The notes: a model not told the origin generated them from the sequence alone. 64,000 nucleotides of DNA from Aerobium aerolatum (GCA_040391705.1 JBEBXE010000001.1:239-64238), one strand, 5' to 3'; positions 30,033-40,008 are shown, counted from the first letter of the stretch. Numbers and translations: made by a program.

Positions 30033-30212
30033 ATGGCAAGCGCGCGCATCGCCAGCGCCGAGGTGCTGGCCGTCTCGGATCGCCCCACCGCCAGACGCGG
30101 CAGCCGCCGTGCGGCTGTTGCGATACGACCCCACCCAACCATCGCGCAAGCATCCACAAGCGATCGCTTGACATCCGAAACTGCGGATGCTGTTATCGTA
30201 ATCTAGAACGCG

Positions 30213-30229
30213 GTTCTAATATTTGGAAC
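30213..30229. promoter_or_regulatory. Candidate IclR operator, copy 2
   Basis: GTTCTAATATTTGGAAC, matching copy 1 at 14/16 positions, upstream of the ABC operon. TTGACA at 30168-30173. Confidence 0.62.
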
Positions 30230-30403
30230 AACACAAAGAAGTGCCGCAGTTCTGTGTATGCCGCCGGGAGCCATCGCCAGTCGGGCCTGCCTTTGGTGAA
30301 TCGGAACGAGGAGGCACACAAAGTCCGGACCTGAGCAGGTTCCAGAAAGCAGCCATGAAGCGATAACGCTTGCCTGTGCGGCAAGCCCTGGGAGGAAAGA
30401 CAG

Positions 30404-31999
30404 ATGAAGTTCAAATCACTTTTGTACCTGACGACCGCAGCGGCCATGTTCAGCTTGGCGAGCCTTGCGCCCGTGTATGCTCAGACCCCGGCGGACACGC
30501 TCATCATGGCCAACGCCATCGATGGCGTCACCAGTTTCGATCCGGCCGAAGTTTTTGAATTCGTCGGCGGCGAGATCAGCAACAACGTGTATCTGCGCCT
30601 CGTGGTGCGCGATGAGTCCAACTTCGCCGAAGTCATCGGCGGCGCAGCGGAAAGCTGGGAAGTGTCGGCCGACGGCCTCGTCTTCACCTTCAAGATGCGC
30701 GACGGACTGGCCTTTGCCTCCGGCGCGGCAGTGACGGCGGAAGACGCCGCCTTCTCGCTCCAGCGCGTCGTCAAACTGGGCAAAAGCCCGGCTTTCATCC
30801 TGACGCAATTCGGCTGGACGGCTGAGAATGTCGATGAAAACGTGCGCGCCCTCGACAATGGGACGCTCGAACTCAAGATCGCCGAACCCTTCGCGCCGAC
30901 GCTGGTGCTGAATGCCTTGTCGGCCGGCGTTGGCTCGATCGTCGAAAAGGCCGTCGCGATGGCCAACGAAAAGGATGGCGACCTTGGTCACGACTGGCTG
31001 CGCAGCCACTCGGCTGGTGCCGGCGCCTTCATCCTGCGCGACTGGCAGCCCAACGAAGCCATCGTGCTTGAAGCCAACAGCGCCTTCTATCTCGGCGCGC
31101 CGGGGCTTCAGCGCATTATCTATCGTCACGTACCCGAGGCGACCGCCCAGCGTCTGATGCTGGAGCGCGGCGACGTCGACATGGCGCGCGAACTCGGAGC
31201 CGAGCAGATCGACGCGCTCGAATCCAACCCCGACATCAAGATCGACATCGCCCAGAAGGCGACTGTCCTCTATCTCGGTCTCAACGAAACCGTTCCTGAA
31301 CTCGCCGATCCGAAGGTCCAGGCAGCGATCCGCCTGCTCGTCGACTATGACGACATCGCCAGCACGTTGCTCAAGCATCAGTATCAGGTGCATGAGTCGG
31401 TGCTTGCAAGCGGCGGCTTTGCGGCGCTCGATGACAAGCCCTACTCGTACAACCTTGAAAAGGCCAAGCAGCTTCTCGCCGAATCTGCCTACCCGAACGG
31501 CTTCAATCTGGAGCTGGACGTGTTTGCGGCTTCACCGTTCCGGGACGTGGGTGAAGCGCTGCAGGCGAATTTCGCCCAGGCTGGCATCAACGTCTCGATC
31601 GTCGCTTCGGATCGTCGCCAGACGTTGACCAAGTACCGCGCACGCAACCACCAGGCGGTGCTGATGGTCTGGTCGCCCGACTATGGCGATCCGCATTCCA
31701 CGATCGACTTCTTCGTCACCAATCCTGACAATTCCGCCGAAGGCACCGTGAAAACGGCCGCATGGCGTAACGCCTGGTTCAACCAGGAGATCAAGGACCT
31801 GGCTGACAAGGCGATCCTGGAGTCGGATGCCGCGACCCGCAAGGAGATGTACACCACCATCCAGCGCAGCCTGCAGACCGACAGCCCGTTTGTCGTCATG
31901 TTCCAGCAGACTGAACCGGTTGCGATGCGTAGCAACGTCCAGAACTGGGTCTCCGGCCCGGCCTTCGACACCTACGTCTTCCGCGGCATCACCAAGTGA
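30404..31999 (+). CDS. ABC transporter substrate-binding protein, family 5 (DppA-like)
   Basis: GGAGG RBS, signal peptide, AESWEVSADGLVFTFKMR, WSPDYGDPH. Confidence 0.93.
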   Translation: MKFKSLLYLTTAAAMFSLASLAPVYAQTPADTLIMANAIDGVTSFDPAEVFEFVGGEISNNVYLRLVVRDESNFAEVIGGAAESWEVSADGLVFTFKMRDGLAFASGAAVTAEDAAFSLQRVVKLGKSPAFILTQFGWTAENVDENVRALDNGTLELKIAEPFAPTLVLNALSAGVGSIVEKAVAMANEKDGDLGHDWLRSHSAGAGAFILRDWQPNEAIVLEANSAFYLGAPGLQRIIYRHVPEATAQRLMLERGDVDMARELGAEQIDALESNPDIKIDIAQKATVLYLGLNETVPELADPKVQAAIRLLVDYDDIASTLLKHQYQVHESVLASGGFAALDDKPYSYNLEKAKQLLAESAYPNGFNLELDVFAASPFRDVGEALQANFAQAGINVSIVASDRRQTLTKYRARNHQAVLMVWSPDYGDPHSTIDFFVTNPDNSAEGTVKTAAWRNAWFNQEIKDLADKAILESDAATRKEMYTTIQRSLQTDSPFVVMFQQTEPVAMRSNVQNWVSGPAFDTYVFRGITK

Positions 32000-33060
32000 C
32001 CTCCGGATCGGCCATGAACGTTTCGAGTTACCCACGCAGCCGGGCGCTGGCTTCCTATCTGAAAGCCACCGCCTGGTTCCTCGTCAGCCTCGTTCTGACC
32101 TTGCTCGGGCTGGTGCTGGTCACCTTCCTGATCGCGCGGGTTGTCCCGATCGATCCCGCGCTTGTGATGGTGGGGGATCGGGCAACGCCCGAAGCCTACC
32201 AGCGGGCGCGGGAAGTCATGGGCCTGGATCAGCCACTCTACTGGCAGTTCCTCGTCTATGTCGGCAGCGTTGCCACCGGCGACCTCGGTCGCTCGGTGAT
32301 GACGGGGCGGGACGTTCTGGCCGATACGATGCGGGCGTTTCCCGCAACTCTTGAACTTGCGCTTGCAGCAACACTGATCGGCACCCTTCTGGGGGTGCCG
32401 ATCGGCGTCATCGCGGCCGTCCGCCGCGGTCGCCTGACCGATCACATCGTCCGCCTCGTCTCGCTGGTGGGATATTCCCTGCCGATCTTCTGGCTCGGTC
32501 TGGTCGCGCTTCTGATTTTCTACGCCCGGCTTGGCTGGGTCGAAGGCCCCGGCCGCATCGGCATCGCTTACCAGTACAGCGTTCCCCACATGACCGGCTT
32601 CGTGCTGATCGATGCGCTCCTCGCCGGCCAGTGGGCCGCCGCGCGCAACGCCTTCTCGCATCTGATCTTGCCGGCCTGCATTCTCGGCTATGTCTCGACC
32701 GCCTTCATCGCCCGCATGACGCGCTCGCTGATGATCGAGCAGCTGTCGCAGGAATATGTGCTGGCCGCGCGCGCCAAGGGCGTGCCCGCCGCCACCGTGA
32801 TCTGGCGCCATGCGCTCGGAAACGTGATGGTGCCGGTCATCACCGTCATCACCCTCACCTTCGCCTATCTGCTGGAAGGCGCGGTGCTGACGGAAACCGT
32901 CTTCGCCTGGCCCGGCCTTGGCCTCTACATCACGCAGGCCCTGTTTTCGGCCGATCTCAATGCGGTTCTGGGCGGCACGCTCATCATCGGCGTGTGTTTC
33001 GTGCTCCTGAACCGGGGAACCGATCTTCTCTACCGCGTCTTTGATCCGAGGATCCGCTGA
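31996..33060 (+). CDS. ABC transporter permease (DppB-like)
   Basis: VPIDPA, GLDQPL, FPATLELA, ARAKG, DPRIR. Alternative start ATG 32014. Confidence 0.92.
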   Translation: MTSGSAMNVSSYPRSRALASYLKATAWFLVSLVLTLLGLVLVTFLIARVVPIDPALVMVGDRATPEAYQRAREVMGLDQPLYWQFLVYVGSVATGDLGRSVMTGRDVLADTMRAFPATLELALAATLIGTLLGVPIGVIAAVRRGRLTDHIVRLVSLVGYSLPIFWLGLVALLIFYARLGWVEGPGRIGIAYQYSVPHMTGFVLIDALLAGQWAAARNAFSHLILPACILGYVSTAFIARMTRSLMIEQLSQEYVLAARAKGVPAATVIWRHALGNVMVPVITVITLTFAYLLEGAVLTETVFAWPGLGLYITQALFSADLNAVLGGTLIIGVCFVLLNRGTDLLYRVFDPRIR

Positions 33061-33965
33061 TGGCTACCGCTTCCACCTGGGTCGACTGGCTGACAACGGA
33101 TTCGCCCGAAAGCCGCCTTCAGGGCAGGCTGGCGCAATTCTACCAGACCTTCACGCGCTTCATGCGCAATCCACTGGCCGTCTGCGGACTGGCGATCGTC
33201 GTCACCCTCGTCACTGCGGCGGCGCTGGCGCCATGGATCATTCCCTATGACCCGTTGGCCACCAGCCTCGGGAGCCGCCTTGCGCCGCCATCGGCGCAGC
33301 ACTGGTTCGGCACCGATCATCTCGGGCGCGACATCTTTTCCCGCGTGCTCTGGGGCAGCCGGACCACATTGGCAATCGTGGTTCTCGTCGCCATCCTGAT
33401 CGGACCGATCGGCATGACCATCGGCGTCGTCGCCGGCTATTTCGGCGGCAAGCTGGATCGCGTGCTGATGGGCGTCACCGACGTCGTCATGGCATTCCCG
33501 CGCCTGATCCTGGCGCTCGCCTTCGTCGCCGTCCTCGGACCCGGCCTGGAAAACGCCGTCATCGCCATCGCGATCACCGGTTGGCCGGCCTATGCCCGCC
33601 TCGCCCGCGCCGAAACCCTGTCGCTGCGCGAGCGCGAATTCGTCGTCGCCGCCCGGTTGCAGGGGGCGTCGCCGCTGCGCATTCTGATCCGCTACATCGC
33701 CCCGTTCTGCATTCCCTCCGTCGTCGTGCGGTTGACGCTCGACATGGCCGGCATCATCCTGATCGCGGCAGGCCTCGGCTTCCTCGGACTTGGCGCCCAG
33801 CCGCCTGCACCCGAATGGGGCGCGATGGTTGCAGGCGGACGCGACTACCTCATCGACAAATGGTGGGTCGCGACCCTGCCCGGCGCGGCGATCTTCGTCG
33901 TCAGCCTCGGCTTCAACCTTCTGGGCGACGGTTTCCGCGACGTGATCGACAGGAGAGTAGCGTGA
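33060..33965 (+). CDS. ABC transporter permease (DppC-like)
   Basis: HWFGTDHLGRDIFSRV, PEWGAMV, FNLLGDG. Confidence 0.93.
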   Translation: MATASTWVDWLTTDSPESRLQGRLAQFYQTFTRFMRNPLAVCGLAIVVTLVTAAALAPWIIPYDPLATSLGSRLAPPSAQHWFGTDHLGRDIFSRVLWGSRTTLAIVVLVAILIGPIGMTIGVVAGYFGGKLDRVLMGVTDVVMAFPRLILALAFVAVLGPGLENAVIAIAITGWPAYARLARAETLSLREREFVVAARLQGASPLRILIRYIAPFCIPSVVVRLTLDMAGIILIAAGLGFLGLGAQPPAPEWGAMVAGGRDYLIDKWWVATLPGAAIFVVSLGFNLLGDGFRDVIDRRVA

Positions 33966-34834
33966 GCGACATCATCTCCCCCACCACCGCCGCGACCAGC
34001 GAGACACCGCTGGTGCAGGTCGACAATCTGTTCGTGCGCTTCCCCGGCCGGCGTGGCCCGGTCGATGCGGTCGCCGGCGTCAGCTTCTCGATGGGCCGCG
34101 AAAAACTTGCCATCGTCGGCGAAAGCGGCTCCGGAAAATCGATCACCGCGCGCACGATCATGGGTCTGCTGCCGGAAGCGGCGACAGTCACCGCCGACCG
34201 CCTGAGCCTGGGATCGCAGGATCTGCGCGGCTTGCGCGAAAAGGACTTCGCCCGCCTGCGCGGCAAGCGCATGGCGATGATCCTGCAAGACCCGAAACAG
34301 TCGCTCAATCCGATCCAGACCGCCGGCACCCAGATCATGGAAAGCTGCCGGCTGCATCTGGGCGATTCACGCCGGCAGGCGCGCGAGCGCGCGCTGGAGC
34401 TTCTGCGCAAGGTACGCATCGACAACCCGCAGCGCGTCTTTGACCTCTACCCGCACGAAGTGTCGGGCGGCATGGGCCAGCGCATCATGATTGCCATGAT
34501 GCTGGCCGCCGAGCCGGAACTTCTCGTCGCCGACGAGCCGACCTCGGCGCTCGACGTATCGGTGCGCGCGGAAGTGCTGGACCTGATCGAAAGCCTGGTC
34601 GTCGAGCGTGGCATGGGTCTGATCCTCATCAGCCATGACCTCGATCTGGTGGCCGCCTACAGCGACCGCGTGGTGGTGATGTATTCGGGCCGCGTCATGG
34701 AAACGCTGAAAGCGTCGGAGCTTTCCCGCGCCGAGCACCCCTACACGCGCGGCCTGATTGGCTGCCGTCCTCCCCTCGATCGCAAGGTTGACATCTTGCC
34801 TGTCCTGAAGCGTGATCCCGCATGGTTGTCATGA
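33962..34834 (+). CDS. ABC transporter ATP-binding protein (DppD-like)
   Basis: GESGSGKS, VSGGMGQR, ADEPTSALD, HPYT. GTG start overlaps the upstream stop. Confidence 0.92.
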   Translation: MSDIISPTTAATSETPLVQVDNLFVRFPGRRGPVDAVAGVSFSMGREKLAIVGESGSGKSITARTIMGLLPEAATVTADRLSLGSQDLRGLREKDFARLRGKRMAMILQDPKQSLNPIQTAGTQIMESCRLHLGDSRRQARERALELLRKVRIDNPQRVFDLYPHEVSGGMGQRIMIAMMLAAEPELLVADEPTSALDVSVRAEVLDLIESLVVERGMGLILISHDLDLVAAYSDRVVVMYSGRVMETLKASELSRAEHPYTRGLIGCRPPLDRKVDILPVLKRDPAWLS

Positions 34835-35634
34835 ACGCAAACACCGCCATCATCGAGGAGCGCACCGCCGCTCCCGCCATCGAGATCAACGACCTCAGCG
34901 TCTCCTTCGGCGCGGCGAAGGTGATCAGGCACGTCTCCTTTTCCGCCGCCCGTGGCGAATGCCTCGGTCTTATCGGTGAGTCCGGTTCCGGGAAAAGCAC
35001 GATCCTGAAGGCGCTCACCGGCACCATCGAGGCTGACGGCATCGTCAACATCCTGTCGAGACCGGCGTCCGAACGGCGGCGCGACAAGACGCTCGCCCGC
35101 CAGACGCAGATGGTGTTTCAGGATCCGTATGCGGCGCTGCATCCGCGCCACTCCATCGAGCGCATTCTCGAGGAGCCGCTGGCGATCCAGGGCATCGGCG
35201 AGCGCGAGCAGAAGATCAGAGCCAGCCTTGCGTCCGTCGGCCTGCCGATCGGCTTTCGCTATCGCTACCCGCACCAGCTCTCCGGCGGCCAGCGCCAGCG
35301 TGTCGCCATCGCACGCGCCTTGATCCTGGAGCCGGAAGTCCTGCTGCTCGACGAGCCGACCTCGGCGCTCGACGTGTCAGTACAGGCCGAAATCCTCAAC
35401 CTGCTGCACAATCTGCATCGCGAGCGCGGCCTGACGATGCTTTTTGTCGGCCACGATCTCGGCGTGATCGCCCATATGTGCGCCCGCATCATCGTCCTCA
35501 ACCGGGGCGAAGTCGTGGAAACCCTCACCCGCGAGCAGATCTATTCCGGTCAGGCGCAGGACGCGTACACCCAGCAATTGCTGCGGGCCACCAAGCTTGT
35601 CAGGCCGTCACCGCCGCGACAGGCCGTCGGCTGA
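34831..35634 (+). CDS. ABC transporter ATP-binding protein (DppF-like)
   Basis: GESGSGKS, LSGGQRQR, LDEPTSALD. Confidence 0.92.
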   Translation: MNANTAIIEERTAAPAIEINDLSVSFGAAKVIRHVSFSAARGECLGLIGESGSGKSTILKALTGTIEADGIVNILSRPASERRRDKTLARQTQMVFQDPYAALHPRHSIERILEEPLAIQGIGEREQKIRASLASVGLPIGFRYRYPHQLSGGQRQRVAIARALILEPEVLLLDEPTSALDVSVQAEILNLLHNLHRERGLTMLFVGHDLGVIAHMCARIIVLNRGEVVETLTREQIYSGQAQDAYTQQLLRATKLVRPSPPRQAVG

Positions 35635-35663
35635 GGCGAAGGGTGCGGCCGGGGTGATTGCGC

Positions 35664-36551
35664 TCAGTCGCCCAGCCCGGTGATCACCTGCTCCAGCGCC
35701 TGCACCGCGCGCGAGCGGTGGCGACCGGCGTTGCGGATCATGTAGAACGGACGCTCGGCCACCGGCAGCGGCAGCTCAACCAGCCGCCCCGCCAGGATCA
35801 GCGGCTCGGCCACCATATGCGACACCACGGTCGCCAGCGCGCTGTCGGCGATGGCGGCGCAGATCGCCTCGTTCGACGGAAGTTCCAGAAACACATCGAG
35901 GCTTGCGGCCGACTGGCCATTGGCCTCCAGCATCGCCTCAAACGTGCGGCGCGTGCCCGATCCCTCCTCGCGCAGCACCCATTTCGAGGCCGTCAGTTCG
36001 TGCAGCCCTTGCGGCGGGCGGGCGCACCAGGGATGGCGGCTGCCCACCACCAGCGCCAGCCGGTCGCTGCCGACCACCACCTGCTCCAGCCCGGCGACGC
36101 TCACCGTCGCCTCGATGAAGGCAAGGTCGCAGCTGTCGTCACGCACGGCGGCAACGCATTGTTCGGTATTGCCCAGCTTCAGGTCCAGCTGGATGCCGGG
36201 ATGCGCCTCGCGAAAAGCCACCAGCCGGCGTGGCAGCCATTGGGTGGCGATGGTCTGGCTGCTGAGGATAGTGATCGATCCCATCGCCGTGCCGCTCAGA
36301 TCGTCCAGCATCCGCTGCGCGCTCTCGGCGCTGGCCAGCACCGCCGCCGCCTGTGGCAGGAACACCTTGCCCTCGCCGGTCAGCGCTATGCGCCGCCCGA
36401 TCCGCTCGAAAAGCCGCACGCCATGGCGCTCTTCCAGCGCCTGGATCGCGGCGCTGACGGTCGACTGCGTCAGGTTGAGCGTCGCAGCCGCCCGCGTCAC
36501 ATGCTGCTGGCGTGCCACTTCCAGAAAGATGCGGATCTGATCCAGCGTCAT
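35664..36551 (-). CDS. LysR-family regulator (YeiE/CysL-like)
   Basis: MTLDQIRIF...HVTRAAATLNLTQSTVS HTH; LREEGSGTR and LELPSNEAI, typical of this subgroup. Confidence 0.92.
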   Translation of the reverse strand: MTLDQIRIFLEVARQQHVTRAAATLNLTQSTVSAAIQALEERHGVRLFERIGRRIALTGEGKVFLPQAAAVLASAESAQRMLDDLSGTAMGSITILSSQTIATQWLPRRLVAFREAHPGIQLDLKLGNTEQCVAAVRDDSCDLAFIEATVSVAGLEQVVVGSDRLALVVGSRHPWCARPPQGLHELTASKWVLREEGSGTRRTFEAMLEANGQSAASLDVFLELPSNEAICAAIADSALATVVSHMVAEPLILAGRLVELPLPVAERPFYMIRNAGRHRSRAVQALEQVITGLGD

Positions 36552-36585
36552 CGCATCCTCCCTATATGCCTCGTCCCGATGCCCC

Positions 36586-37647
36586 TTATGCGGTTGCGAG
36601 GATAAAGGAAAGTACCGCCAGAAAGCCAGTGGCAACGGCGCAGAGCAACATCGGCCGTAGCCCCAACCGGCGCAGCCGCCCGAAATGCGTTCCCAGACCA
36701 AGCGCCGACAGTGCAGCCGTCAGCAGCAGCGGCGTGGCGTCGACCAGAAGCAGGCGCGGCATCTCGGGCAAGTGGCCCAGCGAATTGATGCCCGACAGGA
36801 TCAGGAAGGCCACCACGAACCACGGCACCAGCGGCGGCCGCGCCGCCGACATGCCCTGCGCCTGCGCCGGGCTTCGCCGCGCAATCCAGACTGAAATGCC
36901 AGCGACAAGCACGGCCAGCAGGATGACCCGTGACAGCTTGACCACCACGGCCACCTGCCCCGCTTCCGGCCCGCCCTGAAAACCCGCACCGACGACCTGG
37001 GCCACCTCATGCACCGACAGCCCGATCCAGGTGCCGTAAGCCCCCGGCGCGAGGCCGAACCCCTGGCCGATCATCGGATAGATAAACATCGCCAGCGTGC
37101 CGAACAGGGTGATCGCCGCCACCGCATAGGTGACGTCTTCATCCTCGGCGCGCAGCGTGCCATTGACCCCGGCGATCGCCGATGCGCCGCAGACGGCCGC
37201 TCCGGCCGCAATCAGCGTCGTCAGCGGCATCGCCACCCCCAACAGCCGACCGAAAGCGAGCGTGGCAAAGAAGGTGCCCAGCACCACGATCGCCGCGCTT
37301 GCGAGGCTCCATGAGCCCAGCGCCGCGAGTTGGCCGAGCGTGACCTGCAAGCCCAGCAGCGCCACCGCCGCGCGCAGCAGCCCCTTGCCAGCCAGTTGCA
37401 GGCCCGGCTCCACCTGCTTTGGCAACGGCACCAGATTGCACAACACGACGCCCAGCACGATGCCGAGGATCATCGGGCTCATCGCCCCCAACATCGGCAG
37501 GCTGCGCAGGCCATAGGCGCCCGCCGTCACCACCGCGACCAGCCAGAGGCCCGGCAGCCAGCGCAACAGCGCCGCCCCCAGACCGGGCAGAACCAACATT
37601 TTTCCAGCGTCGCCCAGCGCCAGCCGCTGCTCTGTCGTTCCTGCCAT
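36586..37647 (-). CDS. yeiH: YeiH-family membrane protein (putative sulfate/sulfite exporter)
   Basis: LLRAAVALLG, GAAVCGASAIA, GLSVHEVAQVV, VKLSRV, PWFV; about 10 TM helices. Confidence 0.88.
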   Translation of the reverse strand: MAGTTEQRLALGDAGKMLVLPGLGAALLRWLPGLWLVAVVTAGAYGLRSLPMLGAMSPMILGIVLGVVLCNLVPLPKQVEPGLQLAGKGLLRAAVALLGLQVTLGQLAALGSWSLASAAIVVLGTFFATLAFGRLLGVAMPLTTLIAAGAAVCGASAIAGVNGTLRAEDEDVTYAVAAITLFGTLAMFIYPMIGQGFGLAPGAYGTWIGLSVHEVAQVVGAGFQGGPEAGQVAVVVKLSRVILLAVLVAGISVWIARRSPAQAQGMSAARPPLVPWFVVAFLILSGINSLGHLPEMPRLLLVDATPLLLTAALSALGLGTHFGRLRRLGLRPMLLCAVATGFLAVLSFILATA

Positions 37648-37720
37648 TTCCCGGTCCCATCGCAAAAGAATGCTCAACGGGACAAGGTAAGACAGCAGTT
37701 TCCTTCATCGTTCCAACGAA

Positions 37721-37745
37721 TTTCCGCGATCAAATTGATCGGAAA
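37721..37745. promoter_or_regulatory. Candidate LysR-type operator upstream of yeiH
   Basis: TTTCCG-C-GATCAAATTGATC-GGAAA dyad about 75 nt upstream of the yeiH start. Confidence 0.5.
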
Positions 37746-37808
37746 TAACGAACGAACGGAACGCCGACGTGCCAGCGTCGTCACGTCCGGCCCGGTCCGC
37801 CCCCGCGC

Positions 37809-38207
37809 TCAATCGTAGAGGAAATACTTCGTCCACTTTTCTCGCGGGACCTTCTTGCCGATCTCATATTTGAGGGACTGGATTTCGACGTGCTCGACAT
37901 CCGCCTTGCACTTGAATGAAAGCCGATACCAGTCGCCACGGCTGCGGAACACGGCGCCCGGAGCTACCAGTGTATCTTCGCTCATCAACGGTTCGCCAAA
38001 CGTATAGGCGATGACCTTGTCGGGGTTATACCGGTTCCTGTCGTGACTGATGCTCAGCATCGCTTCGTAGTCGCAGAGCTGTTCAAGGCGCGTGGCTGGG
38101 TCAAACCGGAGAAATTGTTGCTTCAGGCCGCCTTCAGCCGCCGCCGCGGGCAGGATGATTGCAGAGAGAGCCGCAACGAGAAGCCCCTTGAAACCGGCAT
38201 GTCTCAT
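37809..38207 (-). CDS. DUF930-family exported protein
   Basis: Signal peptide, TRLEQLCDYEAM, PDKVIAY, GAVFRSRGDWYRLSFKC, IGKKVPREKW. Start 38207 or 38222. Confidence 0.82.
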   Translation of the reverse strand: MRHAGFKGLLVAALSAIILPAAAAEGGLKQQFLRFDPATRLEQLCDYEAMLSISHDRNRYNPDKVIAYTFGEPLMSEDTLVAPGAVFRSRGDWYRLSFKCKADVEHVEIQSLKYEIGKKVPREKWTKYFLYD

Positions 38208-38479
38208 CCTGTGGATCCTCATCCTTGCGTCCTTCGGGCCGACACGTGCACCGACGCCGTACAACCCCACCTCAGAGTCGGCACGTCGCAGCTTGTGGCA
38301 ATCGTCGGCTGAAGTCACCCCAATAGTGCCCGACCGGCCTGCCGCTCTACAATAAACGCCGCTCGACCCGACGCAAGTTTTGCGCCCGCCGGCCGAGCGC
38401 GCTGCTGGCTGCATGTTCCGTTGGGTGCCGGAATTACGACGTTGACATCTATCCCCAATAAAATAACGTGACCCCTGCA

Positions 38480-38515
38480 GAGAATGCATGTCCTTTGTAA
38501 AAGACATTCATTCTC
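38480..38515. promoter_or_regulatory. 36-bp palindromic operator upstream of the M81 operon
   Basis: GAGAATGCATGTCCTTT-GT-AAAAGACATTCATTCTC, 15 of 17 arm positions pair. Confidence 0.68.
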
Positions 38516-38553
38516 CGAAGTGGCTGTAGTAATCGAATGGGGAGCGAGCCAGC

Positions 38554-40008
38554 ATGCGCGTGTTCACAGCCGTCCTTGCGACGGAAACCAATACTTTCTC
38601 GCCCATCCCGACCGGGCTCGATGCGTTCAAGGTTCTGGGTGAATATTATCCCGCCGGCCAACATCCCGACCGGATGACGCTGTTCGGTGCGCCGCTGTGG
38701 GTGGCGCGGGAACGCGCCCGCGACAACGGCTGGACGGTCACGGAGGGCATGGCTGCCTTTGCCCAGCCCGGCGGAACCACCACCCGCATCGCCTATGAGA
38801 CGTTGCGCCAGGAATTGCTGACGGATTTGCGCGCAGCCGGCCCCGTCGACCTGGTGATGCTCGGCCTGCATGGTGCCATGGTTGCCGAGGGCTATGACGA
38901 TTGCGAGGGCGATCTCCTGCGCGCGGTGCGCGAGATCGTCGGTCCGGACGTCGTCATCGGCGCTGAACTCGACCCCCACTGCCATCTGACGCAGCTGATG
39001 ATGGACCATGCCGATGTGATGGTCGCCTTCAAGGAATATCCGCATACCGATCTCTACGAGCGCGCCGTCGAACTGGCCGATCTGTGCACCGCCGCCGTCG
39101 AAAAGCGCATCCGCCCCGTGGCCGGCCTTGCCGACACCGGCATGGCGACGCTGATCTTCACCAGCAGCGAACCCGGCATTTCGCTGGTCCGGCGCATGCA
39201 GGAGATGGAACGACTGCCGGGTGTGCTCTCGGTGTCGATCATCCAGGGCTTTCCGTGGGCCGATGTTCCCGACATGGGCACGCGCGTTCTGGTCTATACC
39301 GATGGCGACGCAGCGTTGGCGCAGAAGCTTGCGCGCGAATTTGCCGACGATCTGTTTGCCATGCGCGAGGAGATCAACGAGCGCCGGCCGGGCATCGACG
39401 AAGCGCTCGATATCGCGCTTGCCGCGCCGCAAGGGCCGGTCGTCATCGCCGACGGTGCCGACAATGCCGGTGGCGGCGCTGCCAGCGATTCGACCTTCAT
39501 GCTGCGCCGGATGCTGGAACGCGGCATCGCCAATGCGGCGTTGGGGCCGATCTGGGATCCGGTCGCGGTGCAGCTGGCATTCGATGCCGGCCAAGGGGCA
39601 CGGATTCCGTTGCGCATCGGTGGAAAGGTCGGGCCGAACTCGGGCGATCCGCTCGATGTCGACTGCACCGTCAAGGCGCTGAAGCGCAACATGCAGATGG
39701 GCGGCCTCGGCGGCGTTGCTGTTGCCATGGGCGATTGCGCGCTGATCGACGTCAACGGCATCGAGGTGGTGCTGACCACCCTTCGCTTCCAGGCGATGGA
39801 TACCGACCTGTTCACCCAGCTCGGCTGCGACATCGAGAACCGCAGGATTGTCGTGGTGAAATCGACGCAGCACTTCTACGCCTCGTATTCCAAGGTCGCC
39901 AGCAAGGTTGTGTATGCCGCCGTGCAAGGCACGGTGACGCCCGATCTGTCGAGCCTGCCCTACAAGCGCATTCAATTGCCGAAATGGCCGATTTCGCCGT
40001 CAGCCTGA
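38554..40008 (+). CDS. M81-family metallopeptidase (MlrC-like)
   Basis: ETNTFSP, LHGAMV, ELDPHCH, KEYPHTD, DNAGGG, VVKSTQHF. Confidence 0.92.
   Translation: MRVFTAVLATETNTFSPIPTGLDAFKVLGEYYPAGQHPDRMTLFGAPLWVARERARDNGWTVTEGMAAFAQPGGTTTRIAYETLRQELLTDLRAAGPVDLVMLGLHGAMVAEGYDDCEGDLLRAVREIVGPDVVIGAELDPHCHLTQLMMDHADVMVAFKEYPHTDLYERAVELADLCTAAVEKRIRPVAGLADTGMATLIFTSSEPGISLVRRMQEMERLPGVLSVSIIQGFPWADVPDMGTRVLVYTDGDAALAQKLAREFADDLFAMREEINERRPGIDEALDIALAAPQGPVVIADGADNAGGGAASDSTFMLRRMLERGIANAALGPIWDPVAVQLAFDAGQGARIPLRIGGKVGPNSGDPLDVDCTVKALKRNMQMGGLGGVAVAMGDCALIDVNGIEVVLTTLRFQAMDTDLFTQLGCDIENRRIVVVKSTQHFYASYSKVASKVVYAAVQGTVTPDLSSLPYKRIQLPKWPISPSA

Noticed and set aside
30230-30403. Long leader before the SBP gene with repeated ACACAAAG
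   Set aside because: No convincing conserved structure or known riboswitch pattern by eye.
38554-40008. Microcystin-degradation (mlr) cluster suggested by the MlrC-like gene
   Set aside because: No MlrA-, MlrB- or MlrD-like genes nearby; M81 peptidases are widespread.
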